Shown here: piece by piece, positions 25,868-39,259 of the stretch
Layout: each line of letters begins with the position of its first letter
Numbering within the stretch: the stretch's first letter is position 1
Source of the DNA: Callorhinchus milii
Taxonomy: Eukaryota
Length of the DNA: 64,000 nucleotides
NCBI RefSeq assembly: GCF_018977255.1
Contig: NW_024704743.1
Location: forward strand, 4,218,001-4,282,000
Reading direction: 5' to 3'
Notes under the pieces: generated by a model
The model's input: only the letters and a program-made list of their open reading frames with translations
What the model was told of the DNA's origin: nothing
Database searches by the model: none
Position numbers and translations under genes: made by a program

Positions 25868-27604
25868 CTGTTATTCCTCCCAGATTTTGTTTCCCATCTA
25901 CGTTTGGTTCATTTTATCATCCAAGAGCAGAAATAACAATGTTGAAGGATAGAGGGAGAGAAACGAATGCTTCTGTCCCCCCGAATTTACATTCCCCTTT
26001 CATTAGCATCTTACCCGGTGAATGATGAACAAAACCAATGTGCTAAAGAGAGATATCCCGCCAGAACTGAAACAAAATACGTGTTTGTTTTCCTTCCGTC
26101 AGTGATGGCATCGGTAATGTGGGGATTTCCACACAAAGGTAACCTCCGACATCATGAGGCATGACCTTGTTTGAAGTACAGATCAAACATGTTTTGATGA
26201 TATTACTTCATAAAGTACTGAAGCTTTTAACCCACTCACTGATATAAGCGGTGGTGGGGGTGTGTGCGGGGGGTGCAGTCCTGCAGATTGCTGAAAAGAG
26301 GTGGCAATCATAAGAACAGCTGATCCGATTAGCAATGGTAGGTACCCAGTTGTTAGTCAATTGTCAGATCGCTTTCCGGCGGTAATAATTTGGTTTAAAA
26401 AAAAAATTGGGTCACTCACTCCATGATTTTGCGGGACACGATAACCAACTAAAACCACATAGCTTGCCATTGATAGTGCTGTCTGGCAGATCTAAACCCA
26501 TATTCCCAGGAGACTTGCATTCTCCAGCTCTGGCTCTTCAGGTAAACATTCGATTTAATCTTTAATTGCTCTGTAAGTACTTTTAAGCACCATGAAATCA
26601 GATGCATTGGTTGCCTCGTGTACAAATCGCTTCACCCAGCAAAGAACAATTGATTACACGGGTTAAGTGCCAGGCCCGACACTTGGGAGGAGCCAGCTGA
26701 TCTCACTGTACGTTCCAGGAACCACAGTAACATTACTTTACAAAAAATAACCTTCAACTGCAACCCATCTCCGCTTCGCGCTTGTATCAAAATAGATTGA
26801 GCGCGCACTGCAACTGAATACATGCGCCTCAGTTCAATTTACCCCAGCCCACCGCAGCAATCGACAACCCCTGAAATCTGACTGATGAGCGTAGCGTTCG
26901 AAAATCATCCAGAAGCGTTTAGCCATCTCCCTTCACACCAGGATTCGCCCATTAACTGCAGAGAAACTAGAATTGGAAGCTTTGGTAAAAAATAAGACAC
27001 AGCGGAGGGGATTTTTTTTTTTTAAAAAAAAACGGCTAGGAGTTGTACATGCAGTATTAAACTAGTAGACAAAAAAAAAATCTGGACTGGGTTAAGCACT
27101 TCCCTTTGGAACGGAGCTGAGCTTGCACTTAAATGATGGCTCATCGTCAGTTACGCAATTGGCCACGATTCCAGATGCAAACAACGCTTTACTGCTCCGG
27201 GGAAGAACGATTGCTCAGCTGAAATACAGTAATAATACTTGGCATTTGATTCAACGTCTTCCAGGTCGGGAGGACGTCTCAAAAGAGATTTACAAGATAG
27301 TTCTGCAAAGTGTTTTGACTGTGTGTGTTGCAGGCAAGTGTAAATAGATATATTTCAAGGGAAGTGTGCAAAAAAACGTCCTCTGGATCCATCAAGTCCA
27401 CTCCCAGAAAAATCCACCCTTATTTCCAGCTCCCAACCATTATTCTAACTATGCTCCTGGTGCTCACTCTCAGTCCCTTCCTAGATTCTGTTAAGTTACA
27501 TTGCTTGTCTGTTGGCATTTAAACCAACTGCTGCGTTCGTGCTATATCAGTCACCGATCCTAGATGCGGTCAACAAATTAAAACAGGGGATTCAGAGAAA
27601 ATAT

Positions 27605-27850
27605 CGATAATAATAATAATCCTTGCATTTGATACAGCGCCTTATCACATCACGGAAACATCTCAAAGCGCTTCACAGAATAGACCATTAAAGTTTCCCC
27701 CACAAAATGTACAGCCAATTCACATTATAGTATATTCTCGAAGACGTTGCGATATCAAATGCAACGATTATTATTAATATTATGATGGATTGACTCTGTA
27801 TTTCATGGGCGAAACGCGGCAGCCAACTGCTCCGTCTCACAGTCGGGGAT
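27605..27850 (-). mobile_element. Rearranged SINE tail fragments in both orientations
   Basis: Minus-strand tail 27605-27690, short plus-strand tail ~27700-27780, then the minus-strand core resumes. Confidence 0.55.
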
Positions 27851-28266
27851 TGAGAAACAACACAAATAATTAAATAATCGAGTGCCGCAGGCAGATAGTT
27901 AAGGGGTTCAATCTAGATGGCTGATAGAAAGAAGAGTGCTGCAAACACAAGGCGATAATCGACAAAAACATTTGGAAAGAGTTATAGAGGCTTGTGGCCT
28001 TCTGAAACAAATGCAGTATTTGTACGAGCGACGTGAGGCGAAACCATTAATCTCAGGGCCGTTTGGGGGGGAAAAAAACAGCCACTGAAGGTATAAATTG
28101 AAACAAATACAAACCGCAAAAAGTTTTCCCCAAAAAGTGTTCGACTGAATATGAACGTCTTGCATTACTCCATCAAGGACTGTCGATAAATACCCCGTTA
28201 AATCTAAAAGCACAAATTCCTGTGCTGGTTATTTCACTGTAAAAGCTGCGCGTGTGTTTAAAAAAA

Positions 28267-28267
28267 N
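28267..28267. other. Single ambiguous base (N)
   Basis: Seen directly in aaaaaanggg; an assembly join or uncertainty. Confidence 0.95.
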
Positions 28268-29589
28268 GGGACGGCGCACGAAACTGTGAGCTCGCGACTC
28301 AAATTTAAGGGGATAATGGGTAAACGTGCGGTGCGGTACGGTCTGTGCCTCGTCACACCTGAAGAGCAATAAGATCCCTCATTTGCTTTTATCAATCACA
28401 GCCCATAAATTTAAAAGCCGGGTCCCGCTGGGGTCCAGTACGACACCACTATTCCCAGGAAAAGCTGAAGTCTCTGCCAAACCAGAGCAAAACTCATTTA
28501 TCTTGTCCTAGAGAGCAATGGAGCATACACTTCCAGCTGACAGTGCGGCAGTTTCTCCTCACACACCACTGACTGTTCTGGAACATTCTGCTCCCCGAGC
28601 GGGTCTCAATCACTGAAAATACCGTAATGCTCGCGCTCCTCATTAGAATTAACAGCTGTCTCGACAGTTAAAAAGACCAGAGACCGTTCTGCATAACAAT
28701 CTGCTGAAATCTTCCGCCAACGAATGAAAGTGCTACGCTGTAATTTAAGATTTTTTTTTTGAAAACATCCTAAAATAGCTCAAAAGACCGAAATGCTGGG
28801 TTTGATGGATTTCAGTGGGTTTCACCTTGAACGGGGTAGTGTTTCCGGAGTTTAACAGCCTAGATTTGGGGCGGACATACGCGTAAATATTTCACAGAAA
28901 ACAATTTAAACGTTTCTGCAAACAGTTAAACTCTTATTTTATCATTGGTGCATCCAGAGCCACAAAATAGCGGCAATAATAATCATTGCATTAGATACAA
29001 CAGCTTTCAAGCCAGGAGGACGTACGTCTCAATGCACTTCACGAGGGTTCACTGTAAAGCGAAGTGACTGCGCGTTTTTGCAGGAGAAATAAAAACACAC
29101 GCTCCAGACACAGAAATGCGTTAAATGAAACTCAAATACTGTAACATAGAAAAACAAAAGTAAATTCACGGGACCTTCCTTTGAAGATTCTTAATGTCTT
29201 GTCACTTCGTTGCAATTTGGGGAAAAGCTTTCACTTATTTATCTCCCCTTTTAAAAAAATAACCACTTTTATATACTTGAGCTACAGCGTAAAAGCATTA
29301 ACACCACTTACCGCACCTGCCCCGGAATCATGAGATGTACAGGCACAGCTTTAATCTGTTAATATTTCAGTGTCTACACTCCAAATCCTGAATGTTTTAG
29401 TGTTAACCAATGCTGCGTTAGCCTACAAAATGCTCGGTAAATCCCGTGAAGCAACTTGACGCGAAAGGCTTTCTATCAAATGCAATTTTTTTTCAAACTG
29501 TAGTTGCTGCTTTCTCTAGCAGCTGTTAGCCACGGTAATAGTGCTCCCTGCTGCAACACCCCTGAACCCCTGAACCTTAGTCAACGCCC

Positions 29590-29830
29590 TTGTAGTTCGT
29601 ATTGGGACCCTCATGGATTGAACGCCCCTCTCCCTCAATCCCTCCGCTACCCCCCACTCCCTCCCGACCTTCAAATCCCACCCTTAAAGGCCTTCCATTT
29701 TTGATCGTGCTTATGGTCACCCCCACCTCCCTCTCCCCCTGGCTCGTTGCCAGACTCCGCCACCGTGATGTACTCCGGGACGCTACGCCTGAGTGAAGGG
29801 CTCTGTATAAATTCAAGTTGTTGTTGTTGC
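29590..29830 (+). mobile_element. L2 LINE 3' fragment
   Basis: ctccctcaatccctccgc..ccttcaaatcccaccctt..gtgaagggctctgtataaattcaag(ttg)n. Confidence 0.7.
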
Positions 29831-30560
29831 TGTTGAACGATTCTAACTGTCGAACCGCAGAGTCCACTTTGTTCCCTGACATTTAGTTAGCTCAACGCCT
29901 GTGGGTTGAAGGTGCGGATTGGATCGGCAGGTGTGCGTTTCAGGGCAGCCTGCTGAACGGCAGCAGGTTTCGAACACTGCTGGGTAATCAGTCAGTGACA
30001 TACACGTGATTTTTACATCAAGATCGATTGAATTAGAACTGGAAACAATGACGCTTGTACGCAAGGTGGGATTTGTTCAAAACGGGTTAATACTGGGCGA
30101 ACCCTCCACCGTCCAGGGTCTTGGGACGTCCTCCCGGGATGAAAGGCACGACATAAACACAATGTTGTTGTTGTTCTGGCTTTTCCTGCACTAAAAAAAA
30201 CAGCGGCTGACATCTCGGTGGAATGCATTTCCCACGAACAGGAAGCATTGGTGATGTCACTTCAAACATCAGTTGGCATTTCCTGCTCGCAGCTTGCCCC
30301 ATTTTGTAAGACGTTCCTCTTTTTTTAAGTTTTTTGTTCCTTTTTTAGGCTCAAGAGCCCTCATTCGAACGCTATCCGCGAGCCACAATGGGACTGAAAG
30401 GCCCGGAGAAAATTGTGGCGATACAAATGGAATGCGTAGGAAGCGGTTCCTTCCCTGGATGTTTTGAGTTCCGACCAAAGGAAAAAAATCTTGGCTCTGT
30501 ACTCTGCTAACTGGGCAACATTACAAATACACTCGGCAAGTGCTTGCCACCACGTTCGTA

Positions 30561-30799
30561 CCAGCCGCGCGGAGTTTGGTTCATAACCACAAGAGTGGAC
30601 GTGTGAAGTGTCAAAAGTAATTTGCGGTGTCAGTATCAGCAACAAAAAAGGTGCAGGAGACATTTCAAGCCGTACCTACTTCGGGACAGGAAAACTATGA
30701 AACAACTGGAGGTCATGCTATAAATCAGATGCTAAGAGATCAGGGCAAGGAGGCATTGCAGATGCTCCATGGTTAGGAAGCGTAAGTTTCAGGCCAGAC
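30561..30799 (+). repeat. Arm 1 of ~240-bp inverted duplication
   Basis: Reverse complement aligns along its length with 31236-31479. Confidence 0.92.
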
Positions 30800-30850
30800 T
30801 GGGACATCATTTACAAAGCAGGTAATTAACAGCTGCCTGGGTTACCAGGG

Positions 30851-31215
30851 ACGACGACGACGACAACAACGTGCACTTACATTGCACCCTCCACGCAGGG
30901 CACCGTCTCAGAGCGTTTAACAGTGGCGGAGCCAGACTCCGAGCTGGTGGCGGGGGAGGTGGCCGTTAAGCACGGTCGAAGAGGAAGGTTTTCAGGCGGG
31001 ACTTAAAAAAGCGGGGGGGAGAGGGAGCAAGGCGGAGGGATTGTGGGAGAGTGTTCCAGAGTTTCGGGGCGTAGTGGCTGAAAGTACGACCTCCGATGGT
31101 GGGGCGGAGGGTGCGAGGGATGAGCGAGCAGGAGGCCGGTGCCAGTCGAGCGGAGGTGCTGATCGGGTGGTGGATTTGAACACGAGAGTGAGGATCTTGA
31201 AGTCGATCTGTTCAG
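30851..31215 (-). mobile_element. L2 LINE 3' portion (inverted relative to 31490-32052)
   Basis: (gac/aac)n tail at 30851; revcomp reads gacttcaagatcctcactc..ccaccatcggaggtcgtactttcagccactacgcc. Confidence 0.85.
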
Positions 31216-31235
31216 TGTTGGGTACTGTTGGGTTG

Positions 31236-31479
31236 GTCTGGCCTGAAACTTACGCTTCCTAACCATGGAGCATCTCCAATGCCTCCTTGCCCTGATCTCT
31301 TGGCATCTGATTTATAACATTACTTCCAGCTGATGGTTGTTCATAGTTTCCCTGTCCTACAGTAGGTACAGCTTGAAATGTCTTCTGTACCTTTTTGTTG
31401 CTGATACTGATACCGCAAATTACTTTGACACTTTACACATCCACTCTTGTGGTTATGAACCAAACTCCACACGGCTAGT
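31236..31479 (-). repeat. Arm 2 of ~240-bp inverted duplication
   Basis: Reverse complement of 30561-30799. Confidence 0.92.
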
Positions 31480-31489
31480 TCAGTGGAGC

Positions 31490-32052
31490 CTGGGCCAGAA
31501 CTGGTGAGATGTGGGTACGGAGTTTGGTGACATATCCGCAGACATGGGGTCAACTTCCATGTTTGCGGATGACACCCAACTGTATCTTTCTGCCTCCACC
31601 CTCAACTGCAGGAACACTGCTGTCCTGACAGACTGCCTGTCGGACATCAAGTTCTGGATGAGGGCAAATTTCCTACAGTTGAATGTGAACAAGACTGAGG
31701 CCCTCCTGATTGCCAGCGCCTCAGCACCTCAGCTCTGGCAGCATCGACCTCCATGGTTGCTCACTACAACTCACCAACTCACCAGCCAGTCAGGAACCTG
31801 GGTGTCTTGTTCGACTCTCAACTGTCTTTTCTCCCCCACATTCAAGCCATGACCCACTCTGCCTTCCCTCACCTCCGTAACACCACCCGACTCTGCCACT
31901 ACCTCACCCCTCAGGCCGCTGAAACTCTTGTTCACCTCCAGGCTCGACTATGCAAACGCTCTGCTTGTCGGCCTTCCCAACTCCTCCCTCCACAGCTGCA
32001 GATAATCCAGAACTCTGCAGCCCGTGTCCTCTCCTGCACCAAACTCGTGACC
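31490..32052 (+). mobile_element. L2 LINE reverse-transcriptase fragment (decayed)
   Basis: ORFs 31511..31852 and 31753..32127 give FADDTQLY, CLSDIKFWMRANFLQLNVNKTE, VRNLGVLFDSQLSF and LQIIQNSAARVL, classic L2/CR1 RT motifs with frameshifts. Confidence 0.92.
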
Positions 32053-32807
32053 AGATCCTTGACCGTGACCGGGTCAGTATGCGGGCAGCAGAGTGGTATC
32101 TTGGTACACAGTCGGTTGGGTGGGTAATGCAGAAGAATAAGAAGCGGTTCAAAACTCGCTCTTCGTTTGAATCTCTCTTGCGATCTTGGAAAATAAAACC
32201 ATTTATTTTATCCCTAACTATGTTTAAAGCATCGGTGAGTTATTAAACCTTCAGAAATGCTATATCAAATGCAGGGATTAGTATTGAATGTCGAGCAATA
32301 AAATGGAATTTAGCCTTCGCAAGGTTGACCTTAAGGACTTTCACCAGCAGAACAAATATAATGTATGAGCTCCATCCAGTGGTTGAAATCTGTGCGGCAA
32401 CTTGGAAAGAGCTTATGAGAGATCCGAATCCGGGTGAAACACAGCTGCCGGTTTGCGTACAGCAATATCCTACAAACAGCCACGGAGTGAGTGACCGATT
32501 TTATTGCTGGCCAGAACACTGGGAGGAACTTGCACAGATCCCAGTGCAATGGGATCTCTGGACATCAAAGAACTAATGTTGGTCATTTTCTACCTGAAAT
32601 AGGCTGGCGTGTTCTGTGTCTTCATACAACACGTGTGAGCGAGCACTTCTGATGTTACACTGACGGAAGCAGGATTTTTATTTCTGCCAATGTATTGTTA
32701 GTAAGAGGAATTCCAGAAGAAATTGGCACCTTTTGCGAGGTTTCCAGAAATCGGGTTAAAGAAATCAGACTCCGACCCTTCGCTGGTTAAAAGGACTGAG
32801 GTACTCA

Positions 32808-32999
<192 letters not shown>

Positions 33000-33592
33000 T
33001 TACCTTCATTATGTGTAACTTAACAATTCTAGCAATCTCTTGCTGAGGTGTATATATATATATATATTATATATATATAAAAACTGACAGACTTAATTTA
33101 TATAAAAGCTAATCACGCAAGAAAAAAGTACCGTTGGACATCTTTCTCCGTTAAATAGCACACACTTCCGAGTTACATTTATCTCCTCTAAAACCAACCA
33201 GATACAGACTATTGGGGGATTTTTTTAAAGGGAAAAAACACAATTGTTGTAGACAGACTCGGGCTAGAATACTCGCTAAATGTAGGACGAGGATTGCTCC
33301 TGGTTGCTCCTTGGTCAATCCTTCCAACTGTAGTATTTTTCACGTCTGTCCAAAATACAACAATAGAATTTGCAGAACAACGTCGCTGGTCTCTACCGCC
33401 CCCCCACCCCACCCCATCAAAAAACAAAGCTGGTCCACAAACAATGAAGGACAACTTCAACGAGCCTCAGAATTAACTTCACTAAATGTTTCAGGGATTA
33501 AAAGACATATGAAAAGGGCTGGACTCTCTCTCAGTAATTTAGCTTCGTCAGCATCATATCCCAAAGCTCTTTAGGAATCTTTGCAATGGAAT

Positions 33593-33743
33593 CTCGTCGT
33601 GAACTCAGAACTATGTTGAGGGTAAAACCGAGGAACAGAAGCTGAAGTGAAAATGTGAAACTAAGTGAACACTTTAGGGTGAAAAACACGTCAGCTTCTG
33701 TTCCTCAGTTTTACCCTCAACACAGTTCTGAATTGAAGACGAG
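33593..33743. repeat. Hairpin/inverted repeat, ~53-bp arms, ~45-bp loop (MITE-like)
   Basis: tcagaactatgttgagggtaaaaccgaggaacagaagctga pairs with tcagcttctgttcctcagttttaccctcaacacagttctga. Confidence 0.85.
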
Positions 33744-33789
33744 GTTCTGCCAGGAAGCCAAAAATAAACAAGGCCACTTGTTAATTCCA

Positions 33790-34185
33790 TTGATAGGGGA
33801 GTCAGTGACTCAGAGACCATAATTATAAGATAGTCACAAGAACAGGGAAACAATGTTTTCACCCAGAGAGTTGTTGGAATGTAGACTGCCCTGCAAAGTC
33901 GGGTTATGGAGTCAGAGCCCATTATAGCTTCCAAGAGGGAAGTAGACGGGGATATAATAATAAAAATAATAATAATCCTTGCAATTGATATATGTCGTAC
34001 AGACAGCTCAAAGTGCTCCACAGCATATTCTGTAAAGCGGATTGACTGTGTACTTTGTGGGCGAAATGAAAGACAGTGGCTTGAAGGGGTATGGGGATAA
34101 GGCAGGGTGTTGGGATTGAATTCATCTCCTTGCTCTGTGACCTGGCGTGGACTCAGTTGGCCAAATGGCCTCCTTCTGCGCAGCG
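33790..34185 (+). mobile_element. CR1 LINE 3' end interrupted by a SINE tail fragment (~33950-34080, minus)
   Basis: gttttcacccagagagttgttggaatgtagactgccctgc..ttccaagagggaagtagac then gaggggtatgggga..ttggccaaatggcctccttctg. Confidence 0.75.
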
Positions 34186-35134
34186 GATTTCGGTTCTAAC
34201 TTCGCCGTAGCTTGTACTTCAACAACTCTGCAGCTGGAGCTCATGGCGCCAAGAGTGCCGTCAGGGTCGACAGGAACGTTCGTTCGGTCACAAGAAGTAA
34301 AATGGTGGCTACGTGAAATAACTTGCAGATCCCGAGACTGAATCAAAGAAGATGGCTGTGAGACAGCCGTTTCTACCCGCCCTGCATCAAGCGGCGTCTT
34401 AAAATGATGGCATCCCGAGGTAAACGGTTTGTGAAATATTGATATGGCTACTGAGTGCAGTCGAACGGAACAAAGCTTTAAACCAAGGTTTAAAAGAGAC
34501 TGTAAATATTCCAGAATAAATGGAATGTCACAGGACGGTGGATTGATGGGACTGTCAGCCGTCCAGTGAACAAACCTTTCACACTTTAAACTGTGCGTTC
34601 CATTAGTAGATGTCTAACACGTTCCCATTAAAGTGTCAACCTCCAAATGTTGGATCGCTGTTCAAACGTTCTAACAGCCTGGCTCAATGAGACAGGTTGC
34701 CGATAATCGGGTGATCCAGACAACCCCAGGTTTGTGACGGAAGACCTCTACACTGGGGGACAGTGAATGCATCCACAATGGTTGTGTGAGGGCGTGGGTG
34801 GGGGAGAGGTTAAGTACATCAGCAAAAAACCTATTTGCGGGACCAGTACAGGATTACACTGCATGGAAACTGTCTCGATTATGAACCGACTGTTGACGAC
34901 ACTCCTGCACAGAACTTGGCTATACCACGTTTGCCGACAAAATACACTTTGTACAGGAAAATCCGTGAAAAGCGCCACATCAAACGCTAGGATTATCACA
35001 AACATTACCTTGCTGCGTTCTGTCCTCATTTTCTGCGTTCTTCCCACAGAGCGTGAGGAAATGCTTAGAGAACACTGGAACACTGGTCGTAAGCGACTCG
35101 TCTCCCAACAGATGGACCCTGGTCTTCGAGGAGA

Positions 35135-35492
35135 ATAATAATCCTTGCGTTTGATACAGCGCCGTATCACATCTTCGAGACGTCTCAAAGCACTTCACAG
35201 GATATACTGTAAAGTGAGTTGACTGTAGATTTTGTCGGCGAAACGCGGCAGCCAAAAACGCACAGCAGCGACCCCACAGTCGTGGATTGAGTGACCAAAT
35301 TATTTTTTTTTGAGGGATTATTATCCCCGGAAAAGCAATCCGCCATTCGACTAACAACCGGGTTCCTACTTACTGCTAGGTAAACAGAGGTGTATGGAGT
35401 AAGGAAACTTGCCTAACATTTCGCCCTGCCTGGGAATAGAAGCCAGGGCTCTCGCTTGCGAGGCGAGTGCTCTAACCACTGAGCTACAGGAC
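35135..35492 (-). mobile_element. tRNA-headed SINE, long form, full length
   Basis: Reverse complement of the full consensus. Confidence 0.9.
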
Positions 35493-36362
35493 GAGTGTGT
35501 GTGTGTTGTGGTGGTGGGCGGGGAGAAACAAAGAATGAAGGCATTATCCAGTATTGCAGAGACACAATTGGGTATCCTGTAGTCCTGAAGGGTCTTGGGC
35601 TCTGCAGATGGATGTTCCCATTTGTGAAGGTGACCTCTCATTCCTTTGAGATAACCTGGAATTCCCAACTTCAGTCAATTTCTGGGTCAAAAGGGGACAC
35701 CCTGAGGTTGATGTACCAACATATTTATTATTGGAAATGCATCATTACAGATTGACTGTGAACACCTCCTGACCCAAATATATATATACCTCATTACTGA
35801 CTGCGCCTTGGGACGTCCTCCTGACATGAAAGGCGCTATACAAATGTAACCTTGTTGTTGTTGTACTAAGGCATCGTCTGTCTACAAGTGAGCTGATTTG
35901 CTGAATGAGCCCTGAAATTCTCCAGTCCCAGACAGACTGCTCTCAAGAAGTTGAGATACCAGCTTCATTGATTTCGGACATGCCCATCCATGCAGTCAGA
36001 TGCCTCCTTAAGCTATGGCTCTCGCTCCTACATCTAGCTCAACCTCTCCTGCCGATTGCAGGGTGCAGCTTACAACAAATTCTCCAACATTGTGCATTCT
36101 CAGCGTGAAGCAGTGATCAGGCAGGTTGCATTGAGTCGTCGAGAGTCCCATTGGTAACAAGGCTGGATTTTTCCTTTACCCAGCATAATTTTCTATTATT
36201 CCAGCTATCTTCTTCCCTCCCTTCCCTGGGAAGGCAGTGTCCAACATAGCCGCCCAAAGCAGGCCCAGCTGAGACCAGCAAACCCAGCATAGCTCGACAT
36301 TACCATCGATCTCTGGGTCTGTAAACTGCAGCTACATCTGCTACACCCAACTTCACCCGTAC

Positions 36363-36600
36363 CTGTCAGAGAATGCACCAGCTCAGACGTTTCTACATCA
36401 TAAAGGTTGGCAGTTCTGTCCCAGGATGCCGTGACCACCTGTTTGCCCCCAACCAGCCAGTCAGCTGCTATGACCACACCCTGATGACTCTTCAGTGTCG
36501 TTGATGGAATTCGGATTGTCGGGCATTCATTGGGACCCTCGGCATCGCCATCTGCTTCATCTTTATCTGAGAAGTCAACTTCATCCTCCCCAGACACTTG
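36363..36600 (-). CDS. WDR37: WDR37 coding exon (approx. exon 10), 238 bp, [18 protein letters not shown]...[42 protein letters not shown]
   Basis: Overlaps ORF 36205..36597; pyrimidine tract + cgtag| acceptor, |gtacgg donor. Confidence 0.97.
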
Positions 36601-36783
36601 CTACGATGGAAAGAAGAGAGAATTGAGAGCACTTGAAGACACAAGATTGGACGCAATGTAGCAGTAGCTGATGTGTGCAGCAGGTCATAAAGACGAGTCC
36701 AACTGAACACCTGCGACACCATGTCAACAACTACTATGTGAACACGTACAGAAGTCTGATACGCCAAATCGCATGTTCCAATT

Positions 36784-37140
36784 ACAACAACTTGCACTTA
36801 TATAGCGCCCTCCATGCAGTGTAGTGTCTCAGAGCGCTTAACAGTGGGGGAGCCTGACTCCGAGCCAGGGGGTAGGTGGGAGGAGGGGGTGGCCGTAAGA
36901 GGAAGGTCTTCAGACGGGACTTGAAAAGGAGTAGAGAGGGGGAAAGGCAGAGGGATTGAGGGAGAGCGTTCCAGAGTTCCGGGGCGTAGTGGCTGAAAGC
37001 GCGACCTCCGATGGTGGGGGGGAGGTTGCGAGGGACGAGCAGGAGGCCAATGCCAGTCCATTGGAGTCGCTGGGTGGTGGATTGGGGAGTGAAGAGGTCG
37101 GAGAGGTAAGAAGGTGCCAGAGAGGGAAGGGGACATTGCG
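36784..37140 (-). mobile_element. L2 LINE 3' fragment
   Basis: ORF 36782..37144 gives LAPSYLSDLF..PTIGGRAFSHYAPELWNALP..FKSRLKTFL; (caa)n tail. Confidence 0.9.
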
Positions 37141-37355
37141 ACATAAAGAGCTACTATTACTCACGCCTGACCACCTACTCATTTCATGAAAGTTCTGCAT
37201 AACCACTTCCCTGAACACCATGGGCAACCTTCAGAATAATAAATAATTATCCTAGCAATTGATATAGCACCGACCACATTAAAACACCTCAAAGTGCGTC
37301 TGTTTTTTTCCTCTGTAAAGAGTAGTGACTGTATTCGCTGGCAAATAATCATCAA

Positions 37356-37722
37356 ATAATAATCCTTGTATTTGATATAGCGCCTTATCATGTTGTCTCA
37401 AGGCGCTTCACAGAATATGCTGTAAAGTGAATTGACACTAGATTTTGAGGGTGAAACGGAGCAGCCAAATGCACACAACAATGTCCCACAAACAGTCATG
37501 GAATGAGTGAGCAAATTAATATTAGTATTATTACTTTGGAGGGATTATTACCCCCGGAAAAGTGATCCTCCAAGTGACTCACAGCCAGGTTCCTACTTAC
37601 TGCTAGGTAAACAGAGGCGTGTGGAGTAAGGAAACTTGCCCAAGGTTTCACCCTGCTGGGAATTAAACCCGGGTCCTCTCGCTTGCGAGGCGAGAGCTCT
37701 CACCACTGAGCTGCAGGACTCC
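37356..37722 (-). mobile_element. tRNA-headed SINE, long form, full length
   Basis: Reverse complement of the full consensus. Confidence 0.9.
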
Positions 37723-38059
37723 ACAACCCATTTCATTGTTCAAAACTGGTCTCTTCACTCGATAGCCAACATTTCTCCCAACAAAAAAATCAGTGTGTCC
37801 CAATCAACATTTGATCAACTCACTCTTTTCCTGATATCCTCCAATAGTCAGACAGGTGCTTATTCAGATTTATTTGCGTCTTTTTTTTTGGAGGGGTGGG
37901 GGGTGGGGCGGGATTTGCTTTTGTTGGGAGTCTGCTCTGCAGATCCATCATGTGCGCAAAAACAAATTAATTTCTTCTCCCAATTGAGACTTGCATTTTA
38001 AACCGATGCCCTCCAGTTCTGCTCCCAGAGTGCAAGTCAGATAAGGCTGATTACACTAC

Positions 38060-38520
38060 TATCTACACCACTCCAAACATTTTATAAATCTGAATTATGT
38101 GCCTCCCACGATTGTCTCTCTCCTGATGAGAAGTTCCGCTCAGTTAGCCTCTCTTCTCTCTAGGCGTGGAATCATTCTTTTTGCTCTTTTATGAACCCTC
38201 TCTAATACTTCAATGCACTTTGAAAGGTTGCCAAGGTTCCAAACAATATTCCAAAAATGCCCCCTAATCAGTGATCTATACAAGGTTGGAGTAACTTATT
38301 TCACCTTAAAGTTAAATGCTCCGAAAATTCAATAGGGTTTGATTAAATTTGTCGTCAGCCACCTTAACACCGACCGGAAACCTTCAGTGAACAATCAATA
38401 ATCACACTCAAACACTTTTCTTTCTCTGCAAACGGACATTTAATTTTGCACATGTTCGCAGTTCGCTTCCCAATCAGTATTAACTTACAATTACATATAT
38501 TAAAATCCATTCGCAGTAGC
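38060..38520 (-). mobile_element. Old CR1-like LINE ORF2 fragment
   Basis: Decayed CR1-type antisense phrases (ttatgaaccctctctaatac; caatattcca; acttacaattacatatattaaaatccatt). Confidence 0.5.
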
Positions 38521-38886
38521 TTATTGCTTTCCTTCATCTAATAGACGAATGGTGCTGAGGTGGCCCCTGGGGGGGTTGAGAGGAGGGGAAGTAAGGGAAG
38601 GAAAATCTTGCCATCAAAATAATTGAAAAAGAAAGATCAGATTTATTAAATGATCCTGGAGTGCATTTACTTGACACAGAAAACGTTATGCAACCTTTAC
38701 GAGGTTTAAAAGCAACTTTACTTAAGGTCCACGCTGGATAAAAGACACTTTCTGACAACCCAAGAAAATGCAAGACACTGCAAAGTGGATGAATTATAGT
38801 ATATTCTGTGAAGTGCTTTGAGATGTCTAGAAGATGCAGTAAAGCGCTATATCAAATGCAAGAATTATTATTATTATTATTATCGT

Positions 38887-39209
38887 GGAGTCCTGTAGCT
38901 CGTGGTTAGAGCACTCGCTTTGCAAGCGAGAGACCTGAGTTCAATTCCAGGCAGAGGGCGAAACCTTGGGCAAGTTTCCTTACTCCACACAGAGCCTAAT
39001 AATAATCCCTCCAAAACCAAAAACAATAATAAATTGGTCATTTTCAATCTACGACTGTTTGTGGGACATTGCTGTGCGCAATTGGCTGCCGCGTTCGCCC
39101 ACAAATATAGTCAATTCACTTTACAGTGTGTTCTGTGAAGCGCTTTGGGACGTCCTCCTGACGTGAAAAGCGCTATATTAAATGCAAGGATTATTATTAT
39201 TATTATTAT
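38887..39209 (+). mobile_element. SINE short subfamily, full length, young; abuts the (tta)n tail of an older SINE (38775-38883)
   Basis: Diagnostic internal deletion and L2-like tail. Confidence 0.92.
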
Positions 39210-39259
39210 CTACTCACTTTAAAGAGCACACAAGGCTTTTGGGAGGTGGAGAAGGATTA

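Noticed and set aside
25692..25952. Recurrent peptides such as VRNWLPRSPTN..KRYIKCKDYYY in many ORFs, suggesting a gene family
   Set aside because: Translations of the same non-coding SINE.
31511..32127. Reverse-transcriptase ORFs as a novel or domesticated RT system
   Set aside because: Ordinary frameshifted, truncated L2 ORF2.
36598..36605. Possible NAGNAG alternative acceptor
   Set aside because: The sequence is TAG|CAA GTG, so there is no in-frame tandem AG.
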